Part shown: one piece after another, positions 39,446 through 48,422 of the stretch | Numbering within the stretch: the stretch's first letter is position 1 | Layout of the letters: every line of letters begins with the position of its first letter | Notes under the pieces: generated by a model | What the model was told of the DNA's origin: nothing | Seen by the model: the letters and a program-made list of their open reading frames with translations, nothing else | The model's database searches: none | Made by a program: the position numbers and the translations under genes | From: Patescibacteria group bacterium | Lineage (GTDB): Bacteria > Patescibacteriota > Patescibacteriia > 2-02-FULL-49-11 | DNA length: 64,000 nt | Reading direction: 5' to 3' | NCBI GenBank assembly: GCA_041645165.1 | Contig: JBAZQN010000004.1 | Location: 18,789 to 82,788 of the forward strand

Positions 39446-40174
39446 ATGAAACTTTTCATTGATTCAGCCAATCTCGAAGAAATCAAAACCGCGCTATCAT
39501 GGGGCATGGTGGACGGCTGTACCACCAACCCTACGCTTGCCGCCAAGAACGGCGCTAGCCCCGTTAGAAGTAATCCCGCTCAGCGGGATGCAGTTCCGAC
39601 GCTGGAACGGACTTCTAACGGGGTAAACGATTTCCTCCCCATCGCGAAGCAAATCCTCTCGCTCGTCCCCGGACCTGTCAGCCTTGAAGTGCTCTCCCAA
39701 GACTATGCAGGCATGACGCGGGAAGGAGTGGCGCTCGCAAAACTTGGGAAAAATGTAGTCGTGAAGCTCCCCACCACTATTGAAGGCTTGAAAGCATGCC
39801 GTGCGCTCGTCAATAAAAAAATACGCGTCAATATGACGCTGGTATTCTCAGCTCTGCAAGCCTTGCTCGTCGCCAAATCCGGCGCGACCTATGTTTCTCC
39901 ATTTGTCGGACGGCTGGATGACGCGGGGCACGACGGCAACGAGGTGGTGCAAGAAATTATTGAAATCTACGATAATTATGGATTTAAGACCCAGGTCCTG
40001 TATGCCAGCGTCCGCTCACCCTTGCACGTGAAACAAGCGGCGCTCATGGGATGCGACATTGCCACGTGTCCCTTCTCCGTTTTGGAAAAACTGGTCCAGC
40101 ACCCCTTAACCGACACCGGGCTTAGCAAATTCCTCTCGGACTGGAAAAAGTCAGGGTTGAAACCTCTTGTCTAA
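39446..40174 (+). CDS. tal: Transaldolase / fructose-6-phosphate aldolase family, with in-frame palindrome
   Basis: MKLFIDSA, GCTTNPT, GPVSLEV, VVKLP, YVSPFVGRLDD, ASVR. Confidence 0.9.
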   Translation: MKLFIDSANLEEIKTALSWGMVDGCTTNPTLAAKNGASPVRSNPAQRDAVPTLERTSNGVNDFLPIAKQILSLVPGPVSLEVLSQDYAGMTREGVALAKLGKNVVVKLPTTIEGLKACRALVNKKIRVNMTLVFSALQALLVAKSGATYVSPFVGRLDDAGHDGNEVVQEIIEIYDNYGFKTQVLYASVRSPLHVKQAALMGCDIATCPFSVLEKLVQHPLTDTGLSKFLSDWKKSGLKPLV

Positions 40175-40254
40175 CTCCCCTAACCCCTCTTACTCTAAGA
40201 GGGGTACTCGTTTCTACTCCTCCTCTTGAGATAAGAGGAGGCTGGGTGGAGTTA
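40172..40254. repeat. Family-B bipartite palindromic element starting at the tal stop codon
   Basis: TAACTCCCC..CCCCTCTT..AAGAGGGG..CTCCTCTT..AAGAGGAG..GGAGTTA. Confidence 0.8.
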
Positions 40255-40274
40255 TGAATCAAATAATACAGAAC

Positions 40275-40312
40275 GCCTCGACCGAAAAATCACGATCGAG
40301 GCTTTCTTTTTT
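40275..40312 (+). terminator. Intrinsic terminator
   Basis: GCCTCGA..TCGAGGC followed by TTTCTTTTTT. Confidence 0.6.
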
Positions 40313-40324
40313 CGCATGCGCTGG

Positions 40325-40780
40325 CTACTTCCCGAGTAGACGAAACTTGTCACTATGTACGAGAATCTCCCTCCCCAGTTTCACGAAAACGGAATCTTCG
40401 TAGACGTATGTATCCCCATACCGTACGTAGACGAGTTTTAAGTGATGAACACCGGGAGTGGTTAAAATCTCATCCGGCGCATCACCAACCCGCTCGCCGT
40501 CAAGGAACATCTGCGCACCGTTCCGGTCGAGGTTCACAAAGACCTTGACACTGATCATGGGAAGCACCGCCGGAACGACTAACTTGATTTGTCCGGATAC
40601 GACTTCGAATGAAACGTCAGTGCACACCTCGAAGGCGATGGGGATGCCCTTGACGTACCCTACGAATTTTCCACGCTCGACCATCATGACCGAGTCGAAC
40701 GTGGCCACGGTCTGAGCAACTCCGACGAACGGTATCGACAACGCGAGCACCAACACGAATAAAAAAGCAACGCTTTTCAT
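40325..40780 (-). CDS. Secreted protein with PEGA-like domain
   Basis: Signal peptide MKSVAFLFVLVLALSIPFVGVA; GAQMFLDGERVGDAP..PGVHHLKL. Confidence 0.7.
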   Translation of the reverse strand: MKSVAFLFVLVLALSIPFVGVAQTVATFDSVMMVERGKFVGYVKGIPIAFEVCTDVSFEVVSGQIKLVVPAVLPMISVKVFVNLDRNGAQMFLDGERVGDAPDEILTTPGVHHLKLVYVRYGDTYVYEDSVFVKLGREILVHSDKFRLLGK

Positions 40781-40912
40781 AACGTACTCCCTTCGTGAGT
40801 TTGATGAGTTTGAAATGAATCGATTTTGGGAATTATTTTCACCTCTTTGTACCACGAACTCTCTCTCTCTCTCTGTCAAGTTTAGACGCTGTGAATAATA
40901 GCCTATCCATTC

Positions 40913-41003
40913 CGTCATTCCAGACTTGATCTGGAATCCAGAAAAATATACAAAATCGACGTTTCTTTTGGCTTTCTGGATTCCCGCCTTCGCGGGAATG
41001 ACA
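40913..41003. repeat. Family-A bipartite palindromic element (dRS3-like ATTCCC-N8-GGGAAT)
   Basis: GTCATTCCAGACTTGATCTGGAATCCAG...CTGGATTCCCGCCTTCGCGGGAATGACA. Confidence 0.85.
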
Positions 41004-41155
41004 GCTGACGCTGAAAAAGTTTATTAATTTACGTTCCCTAAGACGCGGACATGCGCGGAATGTCTCGCGAGCTTTAACGCGGAACTACGCGGAAATAAAA
41101 AAAAGGCCTATGGCCCGATGGTGTGTAATGGCGTTCTAAAGGCTTGTAAGGGCTT

Positions 41156-41782
41156 CTATTTCAACAGAATCGCTCTCACCGGCGACGCTTCAATGCCGAT
41201 AATCTTCAATGGCAAGCAGACGAGAGTGTACTTGCCCGGTTTTACTCCCGTCAGATTCACTCCTTCCACTATGGCAACACCCGCGCGCAGTAGACTCTTA
41301 TGCACGGGATGGCCGGGGTTGCCGCGGCGTTCCACGGAGAGATAATCAACGCCCACTAATTTAATTTTCTTCGCGGCAAGAAATTTGGCGGCATCGTTTC
41401 CTATCGCGCCATAGTCCTGATAAAATCTCTTCGTTAATAAATGTTTCCCGTTGCCCAGATTAAAAAGCAGCCGTTCGCCGCGTTTGATATGAAACCGTGC
41501 TAAATCCTTTACCTCAACTTCTTTCCTCTTCCCTATATTCAATCTTAAAACCCTGCACGGCCCGACAAGGTTATCTAGCGGAATTGTTTCAAGCGGTTTG
41601 CCGGATGACAAAAAATGCGCCGGAGCATCAAGGTGAGTGCCGGTATGCGCGCCGAACGAAAGGTTTGACACCCTGACGCCGTCCTTCGAAAAAGTCCGCA
41701 CCGGCCGCGTGCGCAATCCCTGTTCTCCCGGCCATACCACGAGCGAGGAAGTAAGCGGTAAGGTTACGTCAATTATTTTCAT
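41156..41782 (-). CDS. Cyclase / kynurenine formamidase-family metal hydrolase
   Basis: VWPG, HTGTHLDAPAHF, VGVDYLSVE, IVEG, ASPVRAIL. Confidence 0.9.
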   Translation of the reverse strand: MKIIDVTLPLTSSLVVWPGEQGLRTRPVRTFSKDGVRVSNLSFGAHTGTHLDAPAHFLSSGKPLETIPLDNLVGPCRVLRLNIGKRKEVEVKDLARFHIKRGERLLFNLGNGKHLLTKRFYQDYGAIGNDAAKFLAAKKIKLVGVDYLSVERRGNPGHPVHKSLLRAGVAIVEGVNLTGVKPGKYTLVCLPLKIIGIEASPVRAILLK

Positions 41783-41916
41783 AAAGAGAAGGTACACGAA
41801 TTGTACCATTTCGCGGATAAGGAATCAAAGTTAAACATGTGATTTATTACCATAATTTCCCTCTTTTTGGTTGATTTTTTTGTCATTTTAAGGTAGGCTG
41901 GTGGCGAGGCTGTCCT

Positions 41917-43491
41917 ATGCCTACTACATTGACCAAACCTATTGCGCAGCTGCTGGATGCATGCCAATCTCCCGAACAGGAAGCGCATAAAGAAACCGTC
42001 ATCCACGTCGACGAAATGGTATCGCGCGCCGCTTTTTTGTATGAAAAAATCCGCAACGCCGTTGACTACCGTGAAGACCACCTCTTAAGGCGAGGCGCGA
42101 TAGAGCGGATGCTGAAGCGCCTGCTCGTGCGCGGCGCGAAAAGCGAAGCAGTGGCCAAACCTCTCATCATTGAACTTATCCGTGCGCGCTACCTGAATAA
42201 TGATGCGCTTCCGGAAAGAATCATCGGTGAAGTCGGGATTATTCTTGAACGCTATATCGCGCTGTGGAATGCCGCGCCCGCGGAAGTGCAGACGAACGCA
42301 GACCTTTTTTCTTGGATGCTGGGAGTCGCGGCGCGCGAAGTCGAGGAGGCGGTTGCGCCATCCCCGCATATCGACAAACTCGTGGAATCGATGTACCGGT
42401 CGCTGGTGGCGCATATCAAGCTCCCCAGCCGCATGACGGACGAGCGCGAAAAAAATACCCAGCTCTTCATCGCCATCCATCGCGCGCTGGTGCAATCGGA
42501 TTTGCCCACTATCCGCTACAAACTCTTCGCCATTTACGCGCCGGGATGGAAAACGATCAATCCGGAACAAATCGGCTCATTGGGATGGAACATCGCTGCC
42601 ATCTCCCAGGCGATAGAACGCGACCTCTCACACCCCGTCGGCGAGTCATTTGCGCGCCATCTCAAAAGATACGCTGCCGCATTCACCGTGCTCCATGACA
42701 TTATTGAAGAAAAGCCGAAGGAAGCGACCGCAGTCCTTACGAACCCCGCCTCGCTCGAAGATCGGGTGCGGAAAGCATGCCAGCTGCGCTACCGAAAAGC
42801 AAAAGAAAAACTGGGCCGTTCCGCAGTGAGGTCCATCATCTTCATCTTCTTTACTAAAATGCTCATCGCCATCGTCCTTGAGATTCCTTATGAAATCTAC
42901 CTCATTAAGTCCTTTAATCCCATTCCGCTGCTTATCAATATCACCATACCTCCCTTCCTTCTGTTCCTTGTCGCGACCACCACCAAAGTGCCCACCAAAA
43001 AAAACACCGAGGCCATTATCGCGACGGTGCGGGACCTCGTGGAAGAAGGGCGCACCATGACCCCTATAGAGATCAAACGCTACTCAAAGCCTATCTTTTC
43101 ATCCATCATGCTCAGCATCGCCTACCTTACGCTCTATGGCGTGACATTCGGCTTTATTATCTGGGGATTGCGCACGCTCCATTTCAATATCATCTCAGGC
43201 GCGCTCTTCCTCCTCTTCTTGTCCCTCGTGTCGTTCTTCGCCATCCGCATCAGGCAAGGGGTGCGCAGGCTGGTGATCATAGAAAGGAAAGAAAATGTAT
43301 TCACCTTCCTCTTTGACCTCTTTACCATTCCGATCATCCGCGCCGGCCGCTGGATCTCCATCAAGTCCTCAAACATCAATATCTTTGTCTTCGTTCTTGA
43401 TTTTCTCATCGAAACCCCGTTTAAATCCCTCCTTGACGTCACGGAAGAATTCACGACGTTTATCAAGGAAAAGAAAGAGGAAGTGCTCTAG
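41917..43491 (+). CDS. Hypothetical membrane protein
   Basis: 524-aa ORF; YEKIRNAVDYREDHLLRRGAIER motif recalled from a conserved CPR family; C-terminal TM helices. Confidence 0.8.
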   Translation: MPTTLTKPIAQLLDACQSPEQEAHKETVIHVDEMVSRAAFLYEKIRNAVDYREDHLLRRGAIERMLKRLLVRGAKSEAVAKPLIIELIRARYLNNDALPERIIGEVGIILERYIALWNAAPAEVQTNADLFSWMLGVAAREVEEAVAPSPHIDKLVESMYRSLVAHIKLPSRMTDEREKNTQLFIAIHRALVQSDLPTIRYKLFAIYAPGWKTINPEQIGSLGWNIAAISQAIERDLSHPVGESFARHLKRYAAAFTVLHDIIEEKPKEATAVLTNPASLEDRVRKACQLRYRKAKEKLGRSAVRSIIFIFFTKMLIAIVLEIPYEIYLIKSFNPIPLLINITIPPFLLFLVATTTKVPTKKNTEAIIATVRDLVEEGRTMTPIEIKRYSKPIFSSIMLSIAYLTLYGVTFGFIIWGLRTLHFNIISGALFLLFLSLVSFFAIRIRQGVRRLVIIERKENVFTFLFDLFTIPIIRAGRWISIKSSNINIFVFVLDFLIETPFKSLLDVTEEFTTFIKEKKEEVL

Positions 43492-43494
43492 TGA

Positions 43495-43640
43495 GAAACT
43501 CTAAGTGCTAAGTTCTAAATTCTAAACATGATTCGACAAGCGTTCGACTGAGCTCACGCCGAAGGCTCACCATGACAACCGTCTTTGTCACCCTGAGCCA
43601 GACGAAGGGTGTTTGAATTTGAAGCTTGGAACTTTGATTT
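43495..43640. repeat. Heptamer element with doubly nested REP-like palindromes
   Basis: CTAAGT/CTAAAT arms around TTCGACAAG[CGTTCGACTGAGCTCACGCCGAAG]GCTCACCATGAC..GTCACCCTGAGC. Confidence 0.75.
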
Positions 43641-43654
43641 TTTGCACTCAAACC

Positions 43655-44788
43655 ATGCCGTTACAAACTTATAAAAGGGTCATTATAAAAATTGGCACGG
43701 GAGTACTGACGAATAACGACGGCCAACTCGACCGCGCGCAACTGTCGTCTTCATTTGAAGATCTTGCCGGCGTGATCGCGCAGGGTATCCACGCAGTGCT
43801 TGTCACCTCGGGAGCGGTCGCGATGGGGAGAAGCGCGCTCACCGTCCCTCCCCGCAACGAGCACAGCCGCCAGGCGTGCGCAGCGATCGGCCAACCGCTG
43901 CTGATGCATGCGTACGGGGAGCTGGCGGCGCGCCACGGCCTTACCATTGCCCAGCTTCTTATCACGCGTGAGGATTTTGATAACCGCGCGCGCTATCTCA
44001 ATATCCGCAATACGCTCCATGCGCTCCTCAACATGAACGTGCTGCCGATTATTAATGAGAATGACGTCGTCGCGGTGGACATCGCAGGGGGCGACGCGTT
44101 TGGCGGCAATGATGCGGTGGCCGCCATGGTAGGGCTTCTTATCGACGCAGACCTTCTCTTGATCCTTGGCGAAACGGACGGGGTGCTCGATGCCCCGCCT
44201 GAAACCGGAAGGGCGCAGCGCATTCCCGTAGTGGAACAAATAAACGAGGAACTTCTTGGCGTCGTGGGGAAAGACTCACCCTTGGGGAGAGGCGGCATGA
44301 AAAGGAAACTGGAAGCGGCCAAACTTGCGACCCATTCAGGCATTGAAACCATTATCGCCAACGGGCGGCAAGAAGGGGTGATCACCAACATCATCCTGCA
44401 TGCCGCTGACACGGGCACCCGGTGTATGCCCGCGCAAGAAGCACATTCAAGCCGCGGCCGGTGGCTCATCGGAGGCGTGGTGCAAAAAGGTTCGGTCACG
44501 GTGGACACGGAAGCCGCCAAGGCGCTCCAAAAGGGAAAAAGCCTTCTCCCGATAGGAATCCTAGAGGTCCAAGGGAATTTCGGACGCGGCGAAGCCATTC
44601 GCGTGCTCGATGAACGCGGCGCCAGTATTGCCGTAGGGCTTGCCAATTATGCTTCAGGAGATTTAGATAAAATCAAACGCCTTCCTTCTTCCGAGATTGA
44701 AGCGATGCTCGGCTATTCTGCGGGTGATGAAGCGATTCACAAAGACAATCTCGCGCTTACCAACAGTACTTTAACGTATGGGAAATAA
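43655..44788 (+). CDS. proB: Glutamate 5-kinase with PUA domain
   Basis: KIGTGVL, VTSGAV, AAIGQ, PIINEND, GRGGM, KSLLPIG. Confidence 0.95.
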   Translation: MPLQTYKRVIIKIGTGVLTNNDGQLDRAQLSSSFEDLAGVIAQGIHAVLVTSGAVAMGRSALTVPPRNEHSRQACAAIGQPLLMHAYGELAARHGLTIAQLLITREDFDNRARYLNIRNTLHALLNMNVLPIINENDVVAVDIAGGDAFGGNDAVAAMVGLLIDADLLLILGETDGVLDAPPETGRAQRIPVVEQINEELLGVVGKDSPLGRGGMKRKLEAAKLATHSGIETIIANGRQEGVITNIILHAADTGTRCMPAQEAHSSRGRWLIGGVVQKGSVTVDTEAAKALQKGKSLLPIGILEVQGNFGRGEAIRVLDERGASIAVGLANYASGDLDKIKRLPSSEIEAMLGYSAGDEAIHKDNLALTNSTLTYGK

Positions 44789-46085
44789 TTTTTCTCCGCT
44801 TACGATTGCACAACGCGCACGGACCGCAAGCCTTGCACTCCAGGCAAGCTCTGCCGTAGTGAGAAGCCGCGCTCTTTTGCTTTCCGCGAGAAACCTTGTA
44901 CGCCATAAGCGTGCCATTATTGCCGCGAATAAGGCAGACCTCGCGCAGGCAAAGGGAAAAGTGCCGCAGGCGTTTCTTGACCGCCTTTCGCTGAACGCGA
45001 AACGGTTCCGGGATATGGAGGAAGCGGTACAAGAAATTGCGCGCCAAAGCGATCCGTTGAATGAGCTCGTGGAGCAGAAGAAACTGAAAAACGGCGTAGT
45101 GCTTAAAAAAGTGCGCGTGCCTATCGGCGTGCTTTTTATCATCTATGAAGCCCGCCCCCATGTAACTGCGGACGCCGCTGCTTTAGCGCTCCGCGCAGGA
45201 AACGCCGTCATCCTCAAAGGGGGGTCCGAGGCGCGGAGCACCAATCGCCTTATCGCTCAATGTTTCCAACAAGCGCTAAAAAGCGCAGGACTTCCCCTCC
45301 ATGCCGTGCAATTCATTGATACCGCCGACCGCACCGTCGTGAAAAAACTGTTAAAATGTGCCGACGACATTGACCTTGTCATACCCCGCGGCGGCTATGG
45401 CCTCGTGAAGTGGGCGCGCAAGGAATCTGACATTCCTTCGCTTTCCCACGCGGAAGGGCTTGACCATACCTATGTGGATGCGTCTGCGGACATTCCGCTG
45501 GCACTCAAGGTGATAGTGAATGCGAAGACGAGCTTCCCTGCAGCCTGCAACTCGCTTGATACCCTCTTGGTGCATAAAAAAATCGCTCCACAATTATTAC
45601 CATTATTGCAGAATGGGTTAATACCCTATCACGTAGAACTGAGATGTGATACCGCTGCTCTGCGCATTTTCAAATCAAGGAAACCGCCTCTCATATCCCC
45701 TCCTTACCAAGGAGGGGAAGGGGAGGTCTCCATAAAAGCGGCAACCGCGAAGGACTGGGATACTGAATATTTAAGTTTAACCATGGGCATTAGAATAGTG
45801 CCAAACGTCGACGAAGCAATTGCGCACATCAATGCGCACGGCTCAAAACATTCTGAAGGCATTATCGCGCGCGATAAAAAAACAATCGCGTTATTCAAAA
45901 AAAATGTGGATGCAGCAGGTATATTCGTAAATTGCTCCACCCGCCTTCACGACGGCGGCGTCTTCGGGCTTGGGGCGGAAATGGGCATCAACACCGGCAA
46001 GCTCCATGCCCGCGGCCCGGTCGGCGCCAGGGAGCTTACGACCTACAAATGGATCGCGGAAGGGAAGGGACAAATTCGCACGTAA
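44778..46085 (+). CDS. proA: Glutamate-5-semialdehyde dehydrogenase with in-frame palindrome
   Basis: VPIGV..IYEARP, LKGGSEA, IPRGG, CNSLDT, NCSTRLHDGG, KLHARGPVG. Confidence 0.96.
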   Translation: MGNNFSPLTIAQRARTASLALQASSAVVRSRALLLSARNLVRHKRAIIAANKADLAQAKGKVPQAFLDRLSLNAKRFRDMEEAVQEIARQSDPLNELVEQKKLKNGVVLKKVRVPIGVLFIIYEARPHVTADAAALALRAGNAVILKGGSEARSTNRLIAQCFQQALKSAGLPLHAVQFIDTADRTVVKKLLKCADDIDLVIPRGGYGLVKWARKESDIPSLSHAEGLDHTYVDASADIPLALKVIVNAKTSFPAACNSLDTLLVHKKIAPQLLPLLQNGLIPYHVELRCDTAALRIFKSRKPPLISPPYQGGEGEVSIKAATAKDWDTEYLSLTMGIRIVPNVDEAIAHINAHGSKHSEGIIARDKKTIALFKKNVDAAGIFVNCSTRLHDGGVFGLGAEMGINTGKLHARGPVGARELTTYKWIAEGKGQIRT

Positions 46086-46273
46086 GGGTAAACAATCCAG
46101 TGTAAAACGCATACGTCACAACTCTAATTACGACAATGCCATAATCATATCCCCCGCTATTAGCAACGATCGTGGTATTTAGGCACAGGTATCTTTTCTA
46201 GTTTCCTCCTCCCGTGAAAATATAACTTTCATAACAAACCGCGTAATCATTTAACAGTTTAACAATTTATTTT

Positions 46274-46522
46274 ATGCGCTCAAAAACCGCGCTCAAAATC
46301 ATCCTCGTCATCGGCCTCGCCGGCTTAACATTCTCCGGTTACTTATCCTACTGGGAACTCCTCCGCGGCACGTGCCAGAACTCGCTCGTCTCCTGCGGCA
46401 CCGGCGCCGCACCCGTCACCACGTACCTCAAATACCCCGCCTGCGTCTACGGATTCTTCATGTATCTGCTCGTCACTCTCATCGCCATCTTGGGCTTAAT
46501 AAAAAAAGAACAAGTTCAATAA
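46274..46522 (+). CDS. Small VKOR-like membrane protein
   Basis: GLTFSGYLSY..C..SC..PACVYGFFMY, 2 TM. Confidence 0.6.
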   Translation: MRSKTALKIILVIGLAGLTFSGYLSYWELLRGTCQNSLVSCGTGAAPVTTYLKYPACVYGFFMYLLVTLIAILGLIKKEQVQ

Positions 46523-46545
46523 TCTCTCTTCACGCTCACTCATAG

Positions 46546-46580
46546 AAACCCACTTCTGGCCTATTCCAAAAGTGGGTTTT
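46546..46580. terminator. Terminator hairpin between convergent genes
   Basis: AAACCCACTT..AAGTGGGTTTT. Confidence 0.65.
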
Positions 46581-46590
46581 ATCTTTTAAT

Positions 46591-47559
46591 TCATAACTTT
46601 TTAAATACCGCTAAAATTGCCCCGCGCTTCAGATGACTACTCCCTCCATCGCCTACTGTCTGCCAATATCTCTCCAATACGAATTGCGGAAACAATCCGC
46701 GTAATTGATCGATGGTATAGCTTCTCGTGAGAAAGCGTTCTCTTCCGGCACGCATCTCAACTGCCCTGATCGTGTGTACTTCGGTGATTGCCCACTGCAC
46801 CACGTCCATGCATTCATCCATAAATTGATACAGCCACGGATTATCCCTATAAAGTTCCAGAGTATAGTCATCATCAATTGCCTGTCTCACGCCTATCACC
46901 AGATAATCGCCGGGAACGAGAAACCTCGTGAACATCGCAGCTGCCATTTGCTGGTCAGGAAAATTACTTAAGGTATTACCGATGAGAAAATAAACATACG
47001 ATTCACCATCTATGCATATTGGTAGCTCCCCTAAATGTTGGAAGTATCCATGCACGCCACGACTGAGTATTGCTCCCTTAGATTCAGGCCGCACTGACTT
47101 GCTTACCTGATACACTCCCGCAAAAAAATAATCAAGAAATAACGAATTAAGATCAATCGCTTCTACGAGTAAGGGCTTACTGTTATCCGCAGAAACCACA
47201 CAATATTCAACGATTTTTATTTCTACGTCCCCCGTGCCAACTCCCAAGAAAGACATTACTCTTCCGTGTGTCCTACGATTGAGCCACGGGAGTGCCTTCT
47301 CTATTAACGGCAACTCCTGCAAAACCGAACTATATGGATTGACACAGGCAGGAAGTGCGAGCCAAAAAACGCCGCGTTTCTCAAAATGTTCCTCCACGGC
47401 ACTCCTGTCCCAATATTCGCCAAGTTGCGTATACCGAGGAATGCTTTGCGCCTTGATTTTCTCAAATAATACTTGCGCCGGCTCAAATCCGCCTATTCTC
47501 GTAGGAACGCCCTCTGAGCACAGGTGATTATTTCCTTCGCTATTTACAATATTTACCAT
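46591..47559 (-). CDS. SAM-dependent methyltransferase, EgtD/histidine-methyltransferase-like fold
   Basis: FLGVGTGDVE, AIDLN, LIGNTLSNF, PGDYLVIGV. Confidence 0.7.
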   Translation of the reverse strand: MVNIVNSEGNNHLCSEGVPTRIGGFEPAQVLFEKIKAQSIPRYTQLGEYWDRSAVEEHFEKRGVFWLALPACVNPYSSVLQELPLIEKALPWLNRRTHGRVMSFLGVGTGDVEIKIVEYCVVSADNSKPLLVEAIDLNSLFLDYFFAGVYQVSKSVRPESKGAILSRGVHGYFQHLGELPICIDGESYVYFLIGNTLSNFPDQQMAAAMFTRFLVPGDYLVIGVRQAIDDDYTLELYRDNPWLYQFMDECMDVVQWAITEVHTIRAVEMRAGRERFLTRSYTIDQLRGLFPQFVLERYWQTVGDGGSSHLKRGAILAVFKKL

Positions 47560-47672
47560 ACGGCGTAGTATATCTCTGTTAATTATTTCGACAATAAAAT
47601 TTTATTTATTTCGCTAAAATTAAAGAAAATTAACCACCTCCAACTTATTATGTAGAAATAAATTACAACTAT

Positions 47673-48404
47673 ATGCGCCATATAGAATCCATCCTTCATA
47701 CCCTCGGATTCAATAAAAAAGAAGCAAGGGTGTACCTTGCTTCCCTAAGGCTCGGACAAGCGCCTGCGAGTGAAATCGCGCGGGAAGTAACTCTTAACCG
47801 CGTGACTACCTATGAGGTGCTCAAGCGTCTGGTACACAGAGGCCTCGCCTCGGTTACAGAACAAAAACACGTAAAATATTTCAGCGTCTTGGGGCCTGAC
47901 AAGCTTTTCCAGCATTTCAAAACGAATATGGATGCACTGCAACAACACATGAAAGAACTCCTCTCCCTCACGCAAGGGAAAGGAGCGCGGCCGCGGGTCT
48001 CTTTCTATGAGGGCGCAGAAGGCTTGCGGGACGTCTACCGCGATTTTCACGCCTACCGCAATAGCGAAGCGCTCTCTTTTACCAACTGCAGAGCGCTCTA
48101 CGAAGGAATAGGCAAAAATTTCCTGTACCAAACCTACAAGAACCGACAGGCGCTCGGCATCACCGTGAGATCTCTCTGCCCTGACAATCCTGAAGATATT
48201 GCAGAGCAGCGGCAAGACGCGCGCGCGTCACGCCGCATCAAATTATTTCCCCACGAGAAATACCGCATCCCCAACGAAATGATCGTGTATGCGGATAAAG
48301 TGGCGCTCATGTCTTTCACCGACAAAATATCTATCGTGATAGAAAATAAAGAAATCGCAGAATCACTGCGAACGATCTGGCACATGGTTTGGGATCGGTA
48401 CTAA
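47673..48404 (+). CDS. TrmB-family transcriptional regulator
   Basis: LGFNKKEARVYLASL..LNRVTTYEVL wHTH, PRVSFYEGAEGL, EMIVYADKVAL. Confidence 0.88.
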   Translation: MRHIESILHTLGFNKKEARVYLASLRLGQAPASEIAREVTLNRVTTYEVLKRLVHRGLASVTEQKHVKYFSVLGPDKLFQHFKTNMDALQQHMKELLSLTQGKGARPRVSFYEGAEGLRDVYRDFHAYRNSEALSFTNCRALYEGIGKNFLYQTYKNRQALGITVRSLCPDNPEDIAEQRQDARASRRIKLFPHEKYRIPNEMIVYADKVALMSFTDKISIVIENKEIAESLRTIWHMVWDRY

Positions 48405-48422
48405 ACGCTTTCGTTATAATAT

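Noticed and set aside
40859-40874. (CT)n microsatellite as a phase-variation tract
   Set aside because: Short, intergenic, and no evidence of length variation is available from one sequence
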